Shown: piece after piece, positions 47,416 through 57,222 of the stretch
Layout of the letters: each line of letters begins with the position of its first letter
How positions within the stretch are numbered: the first letter of the stretch is position 1
NCBI GenBank assembly: GCA_031431275.1
Contig: JANPDC010000156.1
Coordinates: 28,345-92,344 of the forward strand
Direction of reading: 5' to 3'
Origin: Bacteroidota bacterium
GTDB lineage: Bacteria > Bacteroidota > Bacteroidia > Flavobacteriales > Flavobacteriaceae
DNA: 64,000 bases
Position numbers and translations under genes: made by a program
Notes under the pieces: generated by a model
Told to the model about the DNA's origin: nothing
Database searches by the model: none
Seen by the model: the letters and a program-made list of their open reading frames with translations, nothing else

Positions 47416-47423
47416 CAAAAATA
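47416..47423 (-). promoter_or_regulatory. Possible -7 box (TATTTTTG) for the repeat-preceded lipoprotein gene
   Basis: Plus-strand caaaaata is the reverse complement of TAnnTTTG, about 45 nt upstream of the ATG, with the heptamer repeat in between. Confidence 0.3.
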
Positions 47424-47466
47424 CATTATTTTAACAAATTTCCTCCTATTTTTTATTTTATTATTT

Positions 47467-48972
47467 TTACAAATTATCAATCGCTCTTTCAATCCGATTT
47501 GTTGTTTCTTCTTTCCCAATAACTTCAACAATATCAAATAAATGTGCTCCTTTTAAAGCGCCTACTAAACTCAAACGAAAAGGCTGCATGATTTTTCCCA
47601 TTCCGATTTCGTTTTCTGTCATCCAATTTTTAACAATGTTTTCGATATTTAATGAACTAAAATCTTCGATAGAATTCAATATTTCAATTAATTTTTTCAT
47701 TAATTCTGGCGTTTCATCCTTCCAATTTTTTGATGCTTTTTCATCATATAATTTCGGTGCTTCAAAGAAATAATCACTCATTTCCCAAAACTCCGAAACA
47801 AAATTGGCTCGTTCTTTAATTAACGAAACAATTTTTACCAGTTTGTCATTATCAACTGCAAAACCTTTTTCTAATAGAATAGGAGCAAAGTCATTTGCCA
47901 AACTCGCATTATTTTGCTTTTGCAAATATTGATGATTGAACCACTTGTTTTTTTCTGGATCAAATTTGGCTCCAGCCTTATGAATTCTCGATAAATCGAA
48001 TTTTTCTACCAATTCATCTAATGTGAAAATTTCTTGTTCAGTTCCATCATTCCAACCCAAAAGCGCCAGAAAATTAATCACGGCCTCTGGAAAAAAACCA
48101 ACTTCTTTGTATCCTGGGGTTAATCCAGATTCGGTTTGCCATTCTAACGGAAATACAGGAAACCCAAGTTTATCGCCATCACGTTTAGATAATTTTCCGT
48201 TTCCAACAGGTTTCATTATCAATGGTAAATGGGCAAATTCAGGAGTTTCCCACCCAAATGCACGGTATAACATCACATGCAATGGCATTGATGGCAGCCA
48301 CTCTTCGCCACGAATTACATGACTGGTTTCCATTAAATGATCATCTACAATATTGGCTAAATGATAGGTCGGCATTCCGTCTGATTTGAACAAAACTTTG
48401 TCGTCCAACAAACCAGTTTCAAATTTTATATCGCCTCGAATAATATCTGTCAAATGCAAGGTTTCATCAATTGGAGTTTTGAAACGAATGACAAAATCTT
48501 CGCCAGCTGCTATTCTTTTATCTGTTTCTACTTCAGAAATCACTAATGAAGTATCTAATTTTTCACGAATCGTGTGGTTGTAAATAAATGTTTTCCCTTC
48601 TGATTCGTGTTGTTTTCTCAATGCATCTAAAGCTTCTGATTTGTCAAATGCGTAATAAGCATTTCCAGATGCTATCAATAAATCAGCATATTGTTTGTAT
48701 AATTCTTTACGTTCGGATTGCCTGTATGGACCAAATTTTTCGTTCTTTCCAATAGTTTCGATTGGAGCAATTCCCAACCAATCTAAAGCATCAAGAATGT
48801 ATTTTTCTGCTCCTTCAACGAATCGGTTTTGGTCAGTATCTTCAATTCGTAAATAGAAAACTCCATTATTTTTTTTGGCAAATAAATAGTTGAATAATGC
48901 AGTACGAACACCACCAATGTGCAATGCTCCAGTAGGACTTGGTGCAAATCGCACACGAACTTGTTTTGACAT
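47467..48972 (-). CDS. gltX: Glutamate--tRNA ligase
   Basis: VRVRFAPSPTGALHIGGVRTALFNYLFAK (HIGH) and KLSKRDG (KMSKS). I chose the start at the internal ATG, 48972. Confidence 0.95.
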   Translation of the reverse strand: MSKQVRVRFAPSPTGALHIGGVRTALFNYLFAKKNNGVFYLRIEDTDQNRFVEGAEKYILDALDWLGIAPIETIGKNEKFGPYRQSERKELYKQYADLLIASGNAYYAFDKSEALDALRKQHESEGKTFIYNHTIREKLDTSLVISEVETDKRIAAGEDFVIRFKTPIDETLHLTDIIRGDIKFETGLLDDKVLFKSDGMPTYHLANIVDDHLMETSHVIRGEEWLPSMPLHVMLYRAFGWETPEFAHLPLIMKPVGNGKLSKRDGDKLGFPVFPLEWQTESGLTPGYKEVGFFPEAVINFLALLGWNDGTEQEIFTLDELVEKFDLSRIHKAGAKFDPEKNKWFNHQYLQKQNNASLANDFAPILLEKGFAVDNDKLVKIVSLIKERANFVSEFWEMSDYFFEAPKLYDEKASKNWKDETPELMKKLIEILNSIEDFSSLNIENIVKNWMTENEIGMGKIMQPFRLSLVGALKGAHLFDIVEVIGKEETTNRIERAIDNL

Positions 48973-49003
48973 TTTAATTAAATTTTTATGCAAAGATAAA
49001 TTA

Positions 49004-49071
49004 TTAACCACAAAGTTCACGAAGAAGGCACAAAGTTCACTAATTTGTTTGTGAATTTTGTGCCTTTATAT
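49004..49071. repeat. Direct repeat copy 1 flanking the Fic gene; contains a 12-mer array and a 14-bp-stem hairpin
   Basis: Aligns to 49959-50026 at an offset of 955, with 2 mismatches; weaker similarity continues to ~49092. cacaaagttcac at 49009-49020 and 49029-49040, with an inverted copy at 49051-49062. Hairpin ggcacaaagttcac/gtgaattttgtgcc at 49027-49064. Confidence 0.9.
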
Positions 49072-49123
49072 TTTCTTATTCCTTGTGAAAAAATTTGCTT
49101 TACCTGTGATAGACTTTTTAAAG

Positions 49124-49933
49124 TTATAAAACAAATCTAAATCCTTTAAAATCTTTATTGATTTTTGTATGAGATTCAATTGCTAAATTTATTTTATCAG
49201 ATAAAGTCTTTATGATATAATTTTTAATTAAACCTTGTTTTGAATCATAATATTGTTCCACAAGTAAACTGTTGTAATTTGACTTTTCGTTATTGAAACT
49301 AAATAATGGATAACCATTTTTCATTAATAAGAAGTTGATTAACAATCGGCCAGTTCTTTTATTTCCATCTACAAATGGTTGATGAATCCAGATTTCTTGA
49401 GCAAGAAAAACACATTTATCCAAAACGTTTTTGTCAGAATCATTAATTGATGAAATTAAATTATTCATGTTATCCCAAACATTTTCTGGTGAACTTAAAG
49501 GAATAATTTTCTCGATTTCGATATTATTTTTCTTAATAGAAATTACGTTTTGGCTAATTTTAAATTCGTTGGCTTGCTGACCTTTTTCTTTTGCTGAAGC
49601 ATAATAATCTTCGTTCCAAAGACTTCCGATAGATAACCAATTCAATTCTAAAATTAATTTCAGCGATAATTCTTCTTCATTTTTAACTGCTAAAATCATT
49701 CTCTTCAACGCTCGATACATTCCTTTTTGTTCTAGAATATCAGAATTTCGAATATTATTTCCAGAAATTGTGTCACTTTTAAATAATTCTGTCGTTTGAA
49801 TTAGAGACAGTTGATTGCCTTCTAATTTATTTGTTGCGTAAACATATTCATACAATTCTGCTTGCTCTTCCTCTAAAGCAGGAATAACATTTATTGAATT
49901 GTATTGTTTTAATAAGTTTTCGAGACTTTCCAT
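49124..49933 (-). CDS. Fic/DOC-family protein (probable AMPylase) with an N-terminal auto-inhibitory motif
   Basis: Fic motif HQPFVDGNKRTGR (HxFx[DE]GNxRxxR, with K in place of the usual G). An upstream TNKLEG matches (S/T)xxxE(G/N). I chose the start at ATG 49933 because the longer ORF start lies inside the repeat. Confidence 0.88.
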   Translation of the reverse strand: MESLENLLKQYNSINVIPALEEEQAELYEYVYATNKLEGNQLSLIQTTELFKSDTISGNNIRNSDILEQKGMYRALKRMILAVKNEEELSLKLILELNWLSIGSLWNEDYYASAKEKGQQANEFKISQNVISIKKNNIEIEKIIPLSSPENVWDNMNNLISSINDSDKNVLDKCVFLAQEIWIHQPFVDGNKRTGRLLINFLLMKNGYPLFSFNNEKSNYNSLLVEQYYDSKQGLIKNYIIKTLSDKINLAIESHTKINKDFKGFRFVL

Positions 49934-49958
49934 TAATGTAAAAGTAAGTAATTTTAAT

Positions 49959-50026
49959 TTAACCACAAATTCCACGAAGAAGGCACAAAGTTCACTAATT
50001 TGTTTGTGAATTTTGTGCCTTTATAT
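49959..50026. repeat. Direct repeat copy 2 flanking the Fic gene
   Basis: See copy 1. Confidence 0.9.
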
Positions 50027-50062
50027 ATTTGTGTGTTTTGTGAAAAACGTTTTGTGTTTTGG

Positions 50063-51094
50063 TTATGAAATCATTTCAACTGGAACTCGCTTATTCATAA
50101 CAGCAAACCAAAGTGGCGGAAAAAACGACATTACCATGCTAGTAGGATAACCATAGGGCATTTGTGGCGAAACATCGTGGTATTCTAAAATTTGATATTT
50201 TCGCTGAGATTTGTAATGATGATCGCTGTGACGCGTTAATTCATAAAGAATAATTCTCCCAAGAACGTGGTTCGAATTCCAAGAATGCTTTTCAGAAACC
50301 CTTTCGAATCTACCCGAAGCCAATTGATTGCGCTTCAAACCATAATGCTCAATATAATTAATGGTTTCTAGCAAAAGAAAACCAACAATTCCTGTAAAAA
50401 CTACAAACAATAAGCCGGTAAATCCAAAAAAGGAATAAGCCAAAATTAAATATGTAATTTGAATTATTGTAAACCAAAACATATCATTTTTCAGAGAAAA
50501 TAAATTCGTGTTATTGACTTCATTCAATTTTTTCTGAATTTCCCAAGCTTTTACATAAGTTCCAGAAACTGTTTGCCACCAAAAGGCATATAAATTTTGA
50601 TTGTATTTTGCAGTTGAAGGGTCAGTAGGAGTGGAGACATGCAAATGATGACCGTGATTGTGCTCAATAAAAAAGTGAGTATAATGACTTGGAATTAATA
50701 ATGCTTTCCCAAGAATTTTTTCAAACAATGATTTTCTGTGACCCAATTCGTGAGCAACATTGATTCCGTTGGCGCCAAAAATTACCCCCAAACTCAAAGT
50801 TAAACCAATGATCTCATAAGTCGATAAATCAATGGTTGTTATTTTTATTAATGAATAAATCAATGCTCCATAAACAATTGGTACATTCAAATACAAAAGT
50901 AAATCGTAAAATTTATTTTTTAAACGATTACTAGTGTCTTCCTCACTATAGTTATCTTCATTTGTTGGAAGCATCAATTCCATTACAGGAATGAAAACAA
51001 ATGCAAATACAAATGCACCAAAACTATAAATCCCGCCAAAATAGATTCCTAAAATTCCGATTACTGGAATCGAATATGCCCATAAATATTTCAT
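50063..51094 (-). CDS. alkB: Membrane di-iron alkane-1-monooxygenase / fatty-acid-desaturase family protein (AlkB-like)
   Basis: His boxes HELGHR, EHNHGHH and RHSDHH, plus multiple TM helices. Confidence 0.8.
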   Translation of the reverse strand: MKYLWAYSIPVIGILGIYFGGIYSFGAFVFAFVFIPVMELMLPTNEDNYSEEDTSNRLKNKFYDLLLYLNVPIVYGALIYSLIKITTIDLSTYEIIGLTLSLGVIFGANGINVAHELGHRKSLFEKILGKALLIPSHYTHFFIEHNHGHHLHVSTPTDPSTAKYNQNLYAFWWQTVSGTYVKAWEIQKKLNEVNNTNLFSLKNDMFWFTIIQITYLILAYSFFGFTGLLFVVFTGIVGFLLLETINYIEHYGLKRNQLASGRFERVSEKHSWNSNHVLGRIILYELTRHSDHHYKSQRKYQILEYHDVSPQMPYGYPTSMVMSFFPPLWFAVMNKRVPVEMIS

Positions 51095-51313
51095 ATTTGT
51101 AGATTTTTATTTGTTATTTGTCGAATGTGTATCGCACTTTTATTGGAATATTTTCAAAAAATTTACTTTCTGCTATTACAAAATCTAATGATTTTAAACA
51201 AAAATACTGATTTTATTAACACTTTTCGTTAGACATTTCCTAAAATTCTACATTGTTGTAATTACACAAGATAAATTTGTACATTTATCAGTTATAATTC
51301 AATTATCAACAAC

Positions 51314-54300
51314 TTGGAAAATTCGAATATCATTTATCAAAAACTAGAAGATTTTATAAAGAAATTTTATAAAAACGAATTGCTACGTGGAACAATTTTC
51401 TTTGTTGGAATTGGTCTTCTATACTTTATTTTTACGCTCTTTGTCGAATATTTTCTTTGGTTGAAACCATCTGCAAGAATTGTTTTGTTTTATACGTTTG
51501 TAATCGTAGAACTTTTTCTCCTTGGTAGATTTATACTTTTTCCGTTATCGAAATTATTCAAACTTCAAAAAGGAATAAATTTTAACGATGCTTCTGCAAT
51601 TATAGGAAATCATTTTTCTGAAGTTTCAGACAAGTTGACAAATTTTCTTCAGTTGTCAAAAGACGAAAACAAATCAGAATTGTTATTAGCTTCGATTGAG
51701 CAAAAAGCTAATTCGTTGCAACCCATTCCGTTTTCAAATGCTATTAATTTTAATAAAAATAAAAAATATTTACCATTAGCAATTTTACCAATTTTGTTTT
51801 TTCTATTCTTTTATTTGTCTGGAAATTCAAAATACATTTTTCAGAGTTTAAATAGAGTAGTGAACTATGAACAACAGTTTATTAAACCAGCACCATTTCA
51901 ATTTTTAATTCTAAACAAAGATTTACAGACCGAGCAAAATAAAGATTTTTTACTTCATGTAAAATCTGTTGGTAACATTGTTCCTGAAACCACACAAATT
52001 TTTATTGGTTCAGAAAGTTATTTCATGGAAACCATCAAGCCAGGAGAATTTCAATTTAAACTCGAAAAACCAACAGAAAACATACAATTTCATCTTCAAG
52101 CAAATGCCGTTTCGTCTTTAGATTATGAATTGAAAGTTATTATAGTTCCGTCTATTGCAAATTTCGAAATGATTCTTAATTTTCCCTCGTATCTAAATAA
52201 AAAATCTGAAGCGATTAAAGGAAATGGAAATGCTATCATTCCTGAAGGAACGAATGTTACTTGGAAAATGAATACCCAAGCGACTCAAAATGTAGATTGG
52301 ACTAACCAAGTTTCTAGTTTTCCGTTTTCCAAATCAGATAACACATTTAGTTTAACTAAAAATATATCTCAAAACACAGAATATCAGATTCTTACTTCTA
52401 ATTCTAAAGTCAAAAACTACGAAAAACTGAATTATCAGATTTCAGTTATTAAAGATCAGTATCCTACCATCAATGTTGACAATGCACCTGATAGTTTAAA
52501 GGTCGAAAAAAACTATGTTTTGGGTAAAATTTCTGATGATTATGGATTATCTAAACTTCAAATTATTTATTACGAGAAAGATAAACCAAATACTGCAAAA
52601 CGTGGAATCATTCAATCAAAGCATGATGTTTATGATCAATTTGTTTTTTCGTTTCCAAGTTCTTTGCCAGTTCAAGAAGGAGTTTCGTATGAATTTTATT
52701 TTGAGGTTTTCGATAATGATGCGATTCATCATTATAAATCTACAAAATCATCTGTTTTCTCAAATCGAATTAGTACCGAATCAGAAAAGCAAGATCAGGT
52801 TTTGCAACAACAAAATGATAATATAAATAGTTTGTCTAAGTCTTTAAAAAACCAAGACAAACAACTATCTGAGTTAGATAAACTTCAAAAAACGAATAAA
52901 GAAAAATCTAATTTAGAATTTAAAGACCAACAAAAAATCAATGATTTCATCAAAAAACAAAATCAGCAAGACGAAATGATGAAAATGTTTGCTGAGAAAA
53001 TGAAAGAAAATTTAGAGAAATCTAAATCAGAAAAAAAAGATGAATTGAATGAAGCGCTACAAAAGCGTTTAGAAAATGTAGATAAAGATTTAGAAAAGAA
53101 TAAAAAGTTGCTCGAAGAGTTAAAAGATTTGAACAACAAAATTGATCAAGAAGAACTTTCTGAAAAGATGGAAAAGTTCAAGCAAAATTCTAAAAATCAA
53201 ACAAAGAGTTTAGAACAATTGGTGGAGTTGACAAAAAGATATTATGTTCAGAAAAAAGCAGAAAACATTCAAAACAAATTAGATAAACTTTCTGACAAGC
53301 AAGAAGAACTATCGAATAAAGAAAAAGAGAATAATGCAGAAAAGCAGGAAGAAATCAATAAAGAATTCGATAAAATTCAAGAAGATTTAAAAGATTTAGA
53401 AAAAGAAAATAAAGAACTCAAGAAACCTTTAGACATTCCAAACGATAAAGAAACTGAAAAAAGTATTGATGAAGATCTAAAAAAAGCATCAGATGAATTG
53501 CAGAAAGATAAAAAAGCAAATGCCAAGCCAAAACAAAAAAGTGCTGCAAAGAAAATGAAATCCATGTCTTCTAAAATGAAGTCTGATATGGAAGGTTCAG
53601 AAAGTGAACAACTCGAGGAAGATGTAGTGATGCTTCGTCAAATTCTAGATAATCTTTTGGCATTTTCTTTTTCTGAAGAAGATTTAATGGGACAATTTAA
53701 AACTACTAAAAATGGATCGCCATCATTTAGTAAGAACCTAAAAACTCAACAAAATCTCAAACTTCAATTCACTCACGTAGATGATAGTTTATTTGCTATG
53801 TCTTTGCGAAATCCAAAAATTAGTGAAAAAATAACTAAGGAAATTGGTAATGTACATTATAATTTAGATAATTCTTTAGAAACTTTTGTTGCCTCTAATT
53901 TTTCTAAAGGAATTGTTCATCAACAATATTCAATTGCTGGGGCAAACACATTAGCTGATATGCTTGCAGATGTTTTAACCGCAATGCAAATGTCAATGTC
54001 AGGATCTGGTAAAGGTGGCAAGCCAAAACCAGGTCAAGGCGACGGAATGCAACTTGGCGACATTATCAAAAAACAAGAAAGCCTTGCAGATAAAATGAAG
54101 AAAGGGATGAAACCTGGATCAAAGCCTGGAGAAGGAAAAGATGGAAAAGGTCAAGAAGGCAAGGGTGAAGGTAAAGGAGAAGGCAAAGACGGGAAAAATG
54201 AAGGAGGCAAATCTGGTAAAGAAGGAAAAGGCGATAGTAGTAAATCAGGAAAAGACGGGAAATCTGGAAGTGGCAGTTCAGGTTCTGGCGAAGGAAAAGA

Positions 54301-54736
54301 GGGAGAAAACGGTCAAGACGGAGAAAGTAATGCTAAAGAAATTATGGAAATTTTCAAAGAGCAACAACAACTTCGCGAAGCATTACAAAATGAACTCAAT
54401 AAAAAAGGAATAGGTGGACAAGGTCAAAATGCACTTAATCAAATGAAAGATATTGAAAAGCAATTATTGAATAAAGGATTTAAAAATGAAATTCTTCAAA
54501 AAGCCTTGAATGTGAAACAAGAACTTTTGAAACTAGAAAATGCCATTCAAGAACAAGGGGAAGAAGAAAAGCGACAATCAGAAAGCAATAAAAAAACTTT
54601 TAATGCACCAACAACTGCTTTACCAAACGCGTTAAAAGATTATTTAAAATCTATTGAGATTTTAAACAGACAAACATTACCTTTGCGCTCGAATTTTAAT
54701 CAAAAAGTTCAACAATATTTTAAGACAAATGATTGA
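51314..54736 (+). CDS. Large membrane-anchored coiled-coil protein (DUF4175-like) with a G/K/E/S low-complexity tract
   Basis: TTG start. N-terminal TM helices, a long K/E-rich coiled coil (aa ~490-760), and a GKGEGKGEGKDGK... tract encoded at about 54000-54330. Overlaps ybeY by 8 nt. Confidence 0.6.
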   Translation: MENSNIIYQKLEDFIKKFYKNELLRGTIFFVGIGLLYFIFTLFVEYFLWLKPSARIVLFYTFVIVELFLLGRFILFPLSKLFKLQKGINFNDASAIIGNHFSEVSDKLTNFLQLSKDENKSELLLASIEQKANSLQPIPFSNAINFNKNKKYLPLAILPILFFLFFYLSGNSKYIFQSLNRVVNYEQQFIKPAPFQFLILNKDLQTEQNKDFLLHVKSVGNIVPETTQIFIGSESYFMETIKPGEFQFKLEKPTENIQFHLQANAVSSLDYELKVIIVPSIANFEMILNFPSYLNKKSEAIKGNGNAIIPEGTNVTWKMNTQATQNVDWTNQVSSFPFSKSDNTFSLTKNISQNTEYQILTSNSKVKNYEKLNYQISVIKDQYPTINVDNAPDSLKVEKNYVLGKISDDYGLSKLQIIYYEKDKPNTAKRGIIQSKHDVYDQFVFSFPSSLPVQEGVSYEFYFEVFDNDAIHHYKSTKSSVFSNRISTESEKQDQVLQQQNDNINSLSKSLKNQDKQLSELDKLQKTNKEKSNLEFKDQQKINDFIKKQNQQDEMMKMFAEKMKENLEKSKSEKKDELNEALQKRLENVDKDLEKNKKLLEELKDLNNKIDQEELSEKMEKFKQNSKNQTKSLEQLVELTKRYYVQKKAENIQNKLDKLSDKQEELSNKEKENNAEKQEEINKEFDKIQEDLKDLEKENKELKKPLDIPNDKETEKSIDEDLKKASDELQKDKKANAKPKQKSAAKKMKSMSSKMKSDMEGSESEQLEEDVVMLRQILDNLLAFSFSEEDLMGQFKTTKNGSPSFSKNLKTQQNLKLQFTHVDDSLFAMSLRNPKISEKITKEIGNVHYNLDNSLETFVASNFSKGIVHQQYSIAGANTLADMLADVLTAMQMSMSGSGKGGKPKPGQGDGMQLGDIIKKQESLADKMKKGMKPGSKPGEGKDGKGQEGKGEGKGEGKDGKNEGGKSGKEGKGDSSKSGKDGKSGSGSSGSGEGKEGENGQDGESNAKEIMEIFKEQQQLREALQNELNKKGIGGQGQNALNQMKDIEKQLLNKGFKNEILQKALNVKQELLKLENAIQEQGEEEKRQSESNKKTFNAPTTALPNALKDYLKSIEILNRQTLPLRSNFNQKVQQYFKTND

Positions 54737-55154
54737 TTTTAATTACGAATCTGATTTCGAATTACCCAATGAAACTATGGTTTCTGAATGGATTTCGAAA
54801 GTAATTTTATCTGAAAACAAAACCGAAGGAGAAATAAATTATATTTTTTGTGACGATGAATATTTAGTTCAAATCAACGAACAATATTTAAAACACGATA
54901 CATTAACGGATATCATCAGTTTTGATTATTCTCTTGGAAACGAAATTTCTGGAGATATTTTCATATCTGTAGAACGTGTTCAAGATAATTCAAAAGATTT
55001 TAAAACCACATTTGACGATGAATTGCGACGAGTAATTATCCACGGAATTTTGCATTATTGTGGTTTTAAAGACAAAACGGAATCTGATGAACTAATAATG
55101 AGAGACAAAGAAAATGAAAAACTTTTAATGTTTCACGTGGAACAAAACGATTAA
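54729..55154 (+). CDS. ybeY: rRNA maturation RNase YbeY
   Basis: Zinc-binding motif IHGILHYCGFKD (HGxLHLxGYDH type); 141 aa. Confidence 0.9.
   Translation: MIDFNYESDFELPNETMVSEWISKVILSENKTEGEINYIFCDDEYLVQINEQYLKHDTLTDIISFDYSLGNEISGDIFISVERVQDNSKDFKTTFDDELRRVIIHGILHYCGFKDKTESDELIMRDKENEKLLMFHVEQND
55130..55143. promoter_or_regulatory. 14-mer GTTTCACGTGGAAC (palindrome family copy A, inside the ybeY 3' end)
   Basis: Read directly; one mismatch from a perfect palindrome. Confidence 0.35.
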
Positions 55155-55230
55155 TAAATCGCAATTCGTAGATTTCTAATCTTATATTTTTCATGCCTTT
55201 CGTCAAATAGTAATTAAAATTTAATAAATA

Positions 55231-55244
55231 GTTCCACGTGGAAC
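55231..55244. promoter_or_regulatory. Perfect 14-bp palindrome GTTCCACGTGGAAC, 64 nt upstream of mnmG
   Basis: Read directly. Confidence 0.4.
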
Positions 55245-55307
55245 ACAGTTTACAGAAAATGGTTTTGATTAAATTCAACAATCCTTAATCTCAAATTCCG
55301 AATTAAA

Positions 55308-57179
55308 ATGTTTCAAGAAACATATGATGTAATAGTAGTTGGAGCAGGTCATGCAGGTTCTGAAGCAGCAGCGGCTTCAGCAAATTTGGGTGCGTCAACT
55401 TTGTTAGTAACAATGAGTTTGCAAAACATCGCTCAAATGTCTTGCAATCCTGCAATGGGAGGAATTGCTAAAGGTCAAATTGTTCGAGAAATAGACGCTA
55501 TGGGCGGATATTCTGGGATAGTATCAGATAAAACGGCTATTCAATTTAAAATGTTGAACAAGTCGAAAGGACCAGCAATGTGGTCTCCAAGAGTGCAATC
55601 TGATAGAATGCGCTTTGCAGAAGAATGGCGAATGATGCTTGAAGGAACCCCAAACCTTGATTTCTATCAAGAAATGATTTCAGGTTTAATCATAGAAAAT
55701 GACAAAGTAAAAGGAATAAAAACATCTCTCGGTTTAGAAATCAGGTCAAAAACTGTCGTTCTAACTAATGGAACTTTTTTAAATGGATTGATTCACATTG
55801 GCGAAAAACAACATGGTGGAGGTAGAGCAGGCGAGAGTGCTTCATACGGAATCACCGAGGATTTAATAAAAGCAGGTTTTGAAGCAGGAAGAATGAAAAC
55901 AGGAACTCCGCCAAGAGTAGACGGAAGATCATTGGATTATTCAAAAATGAATGAAGAAAAAGGAGATGAAAGACCAGATAAATTTTCATATTCAGATCAA
56001 ACTAAACCTTTAACTCATCAGAAATTATGTCACATGACGTATACATCGCTAGAAGTTCATGATATTCTGCGTGAAGGTTTCGATCGTTCGCCAATGTTTA
56101 ATGGTCGAATCAAATCACTTGGACCAAGATATTGTCCATCTATTGAAGATAAAATTAATCGTTTTGCAGATAAAGACAGACACCAACTATTTATAGAGCC
56201 CGAAGGTTGGAATACTTGCGAGGTTTATGTAAATGGTTTTTCCACTTCGTTACCCGAAGATGTTCAATTTAAAGCATTACGTTCTGTAGTTGGTTTCGAG
56301 AAAGTGAAATTTTTCCGTCCAGGTTACGCTATTGAATATGATTATTTTCCTCCGACACAATTGAAGCATACTTTAGAAACAAAACTTGTCGAAGGTTTAT
56401 ATTTTGCTGGGCAAATTAATGGCACAACAGGTTACGAAGAAGCAGCGTCTCAAGGCCTCATGGCGGGTATAAATGCAGCATTGAAAGTTCAAGAAAAAGA
56501 GCCATTAATTTTGAAACGAGATGAAGCCTATATTGGAGTTTTGATTGATGATTTAATCACAAAAGGAACGGAAGAACCTTACAGAATGTTTACATCACGT
56601 GCTGAATACAGAACACTATTGCGACAAGATAATGCAGATTTTAGATTGACACCAATGGCTCATAAAATTGGATTAGCGTCTGAAAAGCGTCTTCGAAGAA
56701 TGGAACATAAATTAAATGAATCTGAAAAAATGGTTGCGTTTTATAAAAACACCAGTATTTCGCCTGAGGAAGTTAACCCAATTTTAGTTGCTAAAGAAAC
56801 GGCAGAAGTAAACCAAACAGATAAAATTTTTAAAATATTATCGCGACCTCAAATAGATTTAGTAGACATGCTACAGCTCGAAAAGGTTTCTGATTATATT
56901 GCATCAAACAATTTAGATCAAGAAATTTTGGAGCAAGCCGAAATACAAGTAAAGTATTCAGGATATATTGAAAAAGAAAGAAATAATGCCGATAAATTGA
57001 CTCGTCTTGAAGATGTGAAAATCCCAGAGTTTTTTGATTATGATAAAATCAAATCGATGTCAATAGAAGCAAAGCAAAAACTTTCTAAAATTCGTCCAGT
57101 TACAATTTCACAAGCCTCAAGAATATCTGGAGTTTCGCCAAGCGATATTTCGGTATTGTTGATTTATATGGGACGTTAG
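55308..57179 (+). CDS. mnmG: tRNA uridine-5-carboxymethylaminomethyl(34) synthesis enzyme MnmG (GidA)
   Basis: YDVIVVGAGHAGSEAA, SCNPAMGG.AKG and GPRYCPSIEDK; 623 aa. Confidence 0.97.
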   Translation: MFQETYDVIVVGAGHAGSEAAAASANLGASTLLVTMSLQNIAQMSCNPAMGGIAKGQIVREIDAMGGYSGIVSDKTAIQFKMLNKSKGPAMWSPRVQSDRMRFAEEWRMMLEGTPNLDFYQEMISGLIIENDKVKGIKTSLGLEIRSKTVVLTNGTFLNGLIHIGEKQHGGGRAGESASYGITEDLIKAGFEAGRMKTGTPPRVDGRSLDYSKMNEEKGDERPDKFSYSDQTKPLTHQKLCHMTYTSLEVHDILREGFDRSPMFNGRIKSLGPRYCPSIEDKINRFADKDRHQLFIEPEGWNTCEVYVNGFSTSLPEDVQFKALRSVVGFEKVKFFRPGYAIEYDYFPPTQLKHTLETKLVEGLYFAGQINGTTGYEEAASQGLMAGINAALKVQEKEPLILKRDEAYIGVLIDDLITKGTEEPYRMFTSRAEYRTLLRQDNADFRLTPMAHKIGLASEKRLRRMEHKLNESEKMVAFYKNTSISPEEVNPILVAKETAEVNQTDKIFKILSRPQIDLVDMLQLEKVSDYIASNNLDQEILEQAEIQVKYSGYIEKERNNADKLTRLEDVKIPEFFDYDKIKSMSIEAKQKLSKIRPVTISQASRISGVSPSDISVLLIYMGR

Positions 57180-57222
57180 TATTCAGTTTTTTAGTTTCAA
57201 TATTTTTAACACTGAAAATTTT

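Noticed and set aside
54000-54340. Possible tandem DNA repeat or CRISPR-like periodicity in the purine-rich stretch
   Set aside because: The units are short, imperfect and in frame within the 1140-aa ORF, encoding a G/K/E tract. There is no repeat-spacer organisation, and no CRISPR array exists anywhere in the window.
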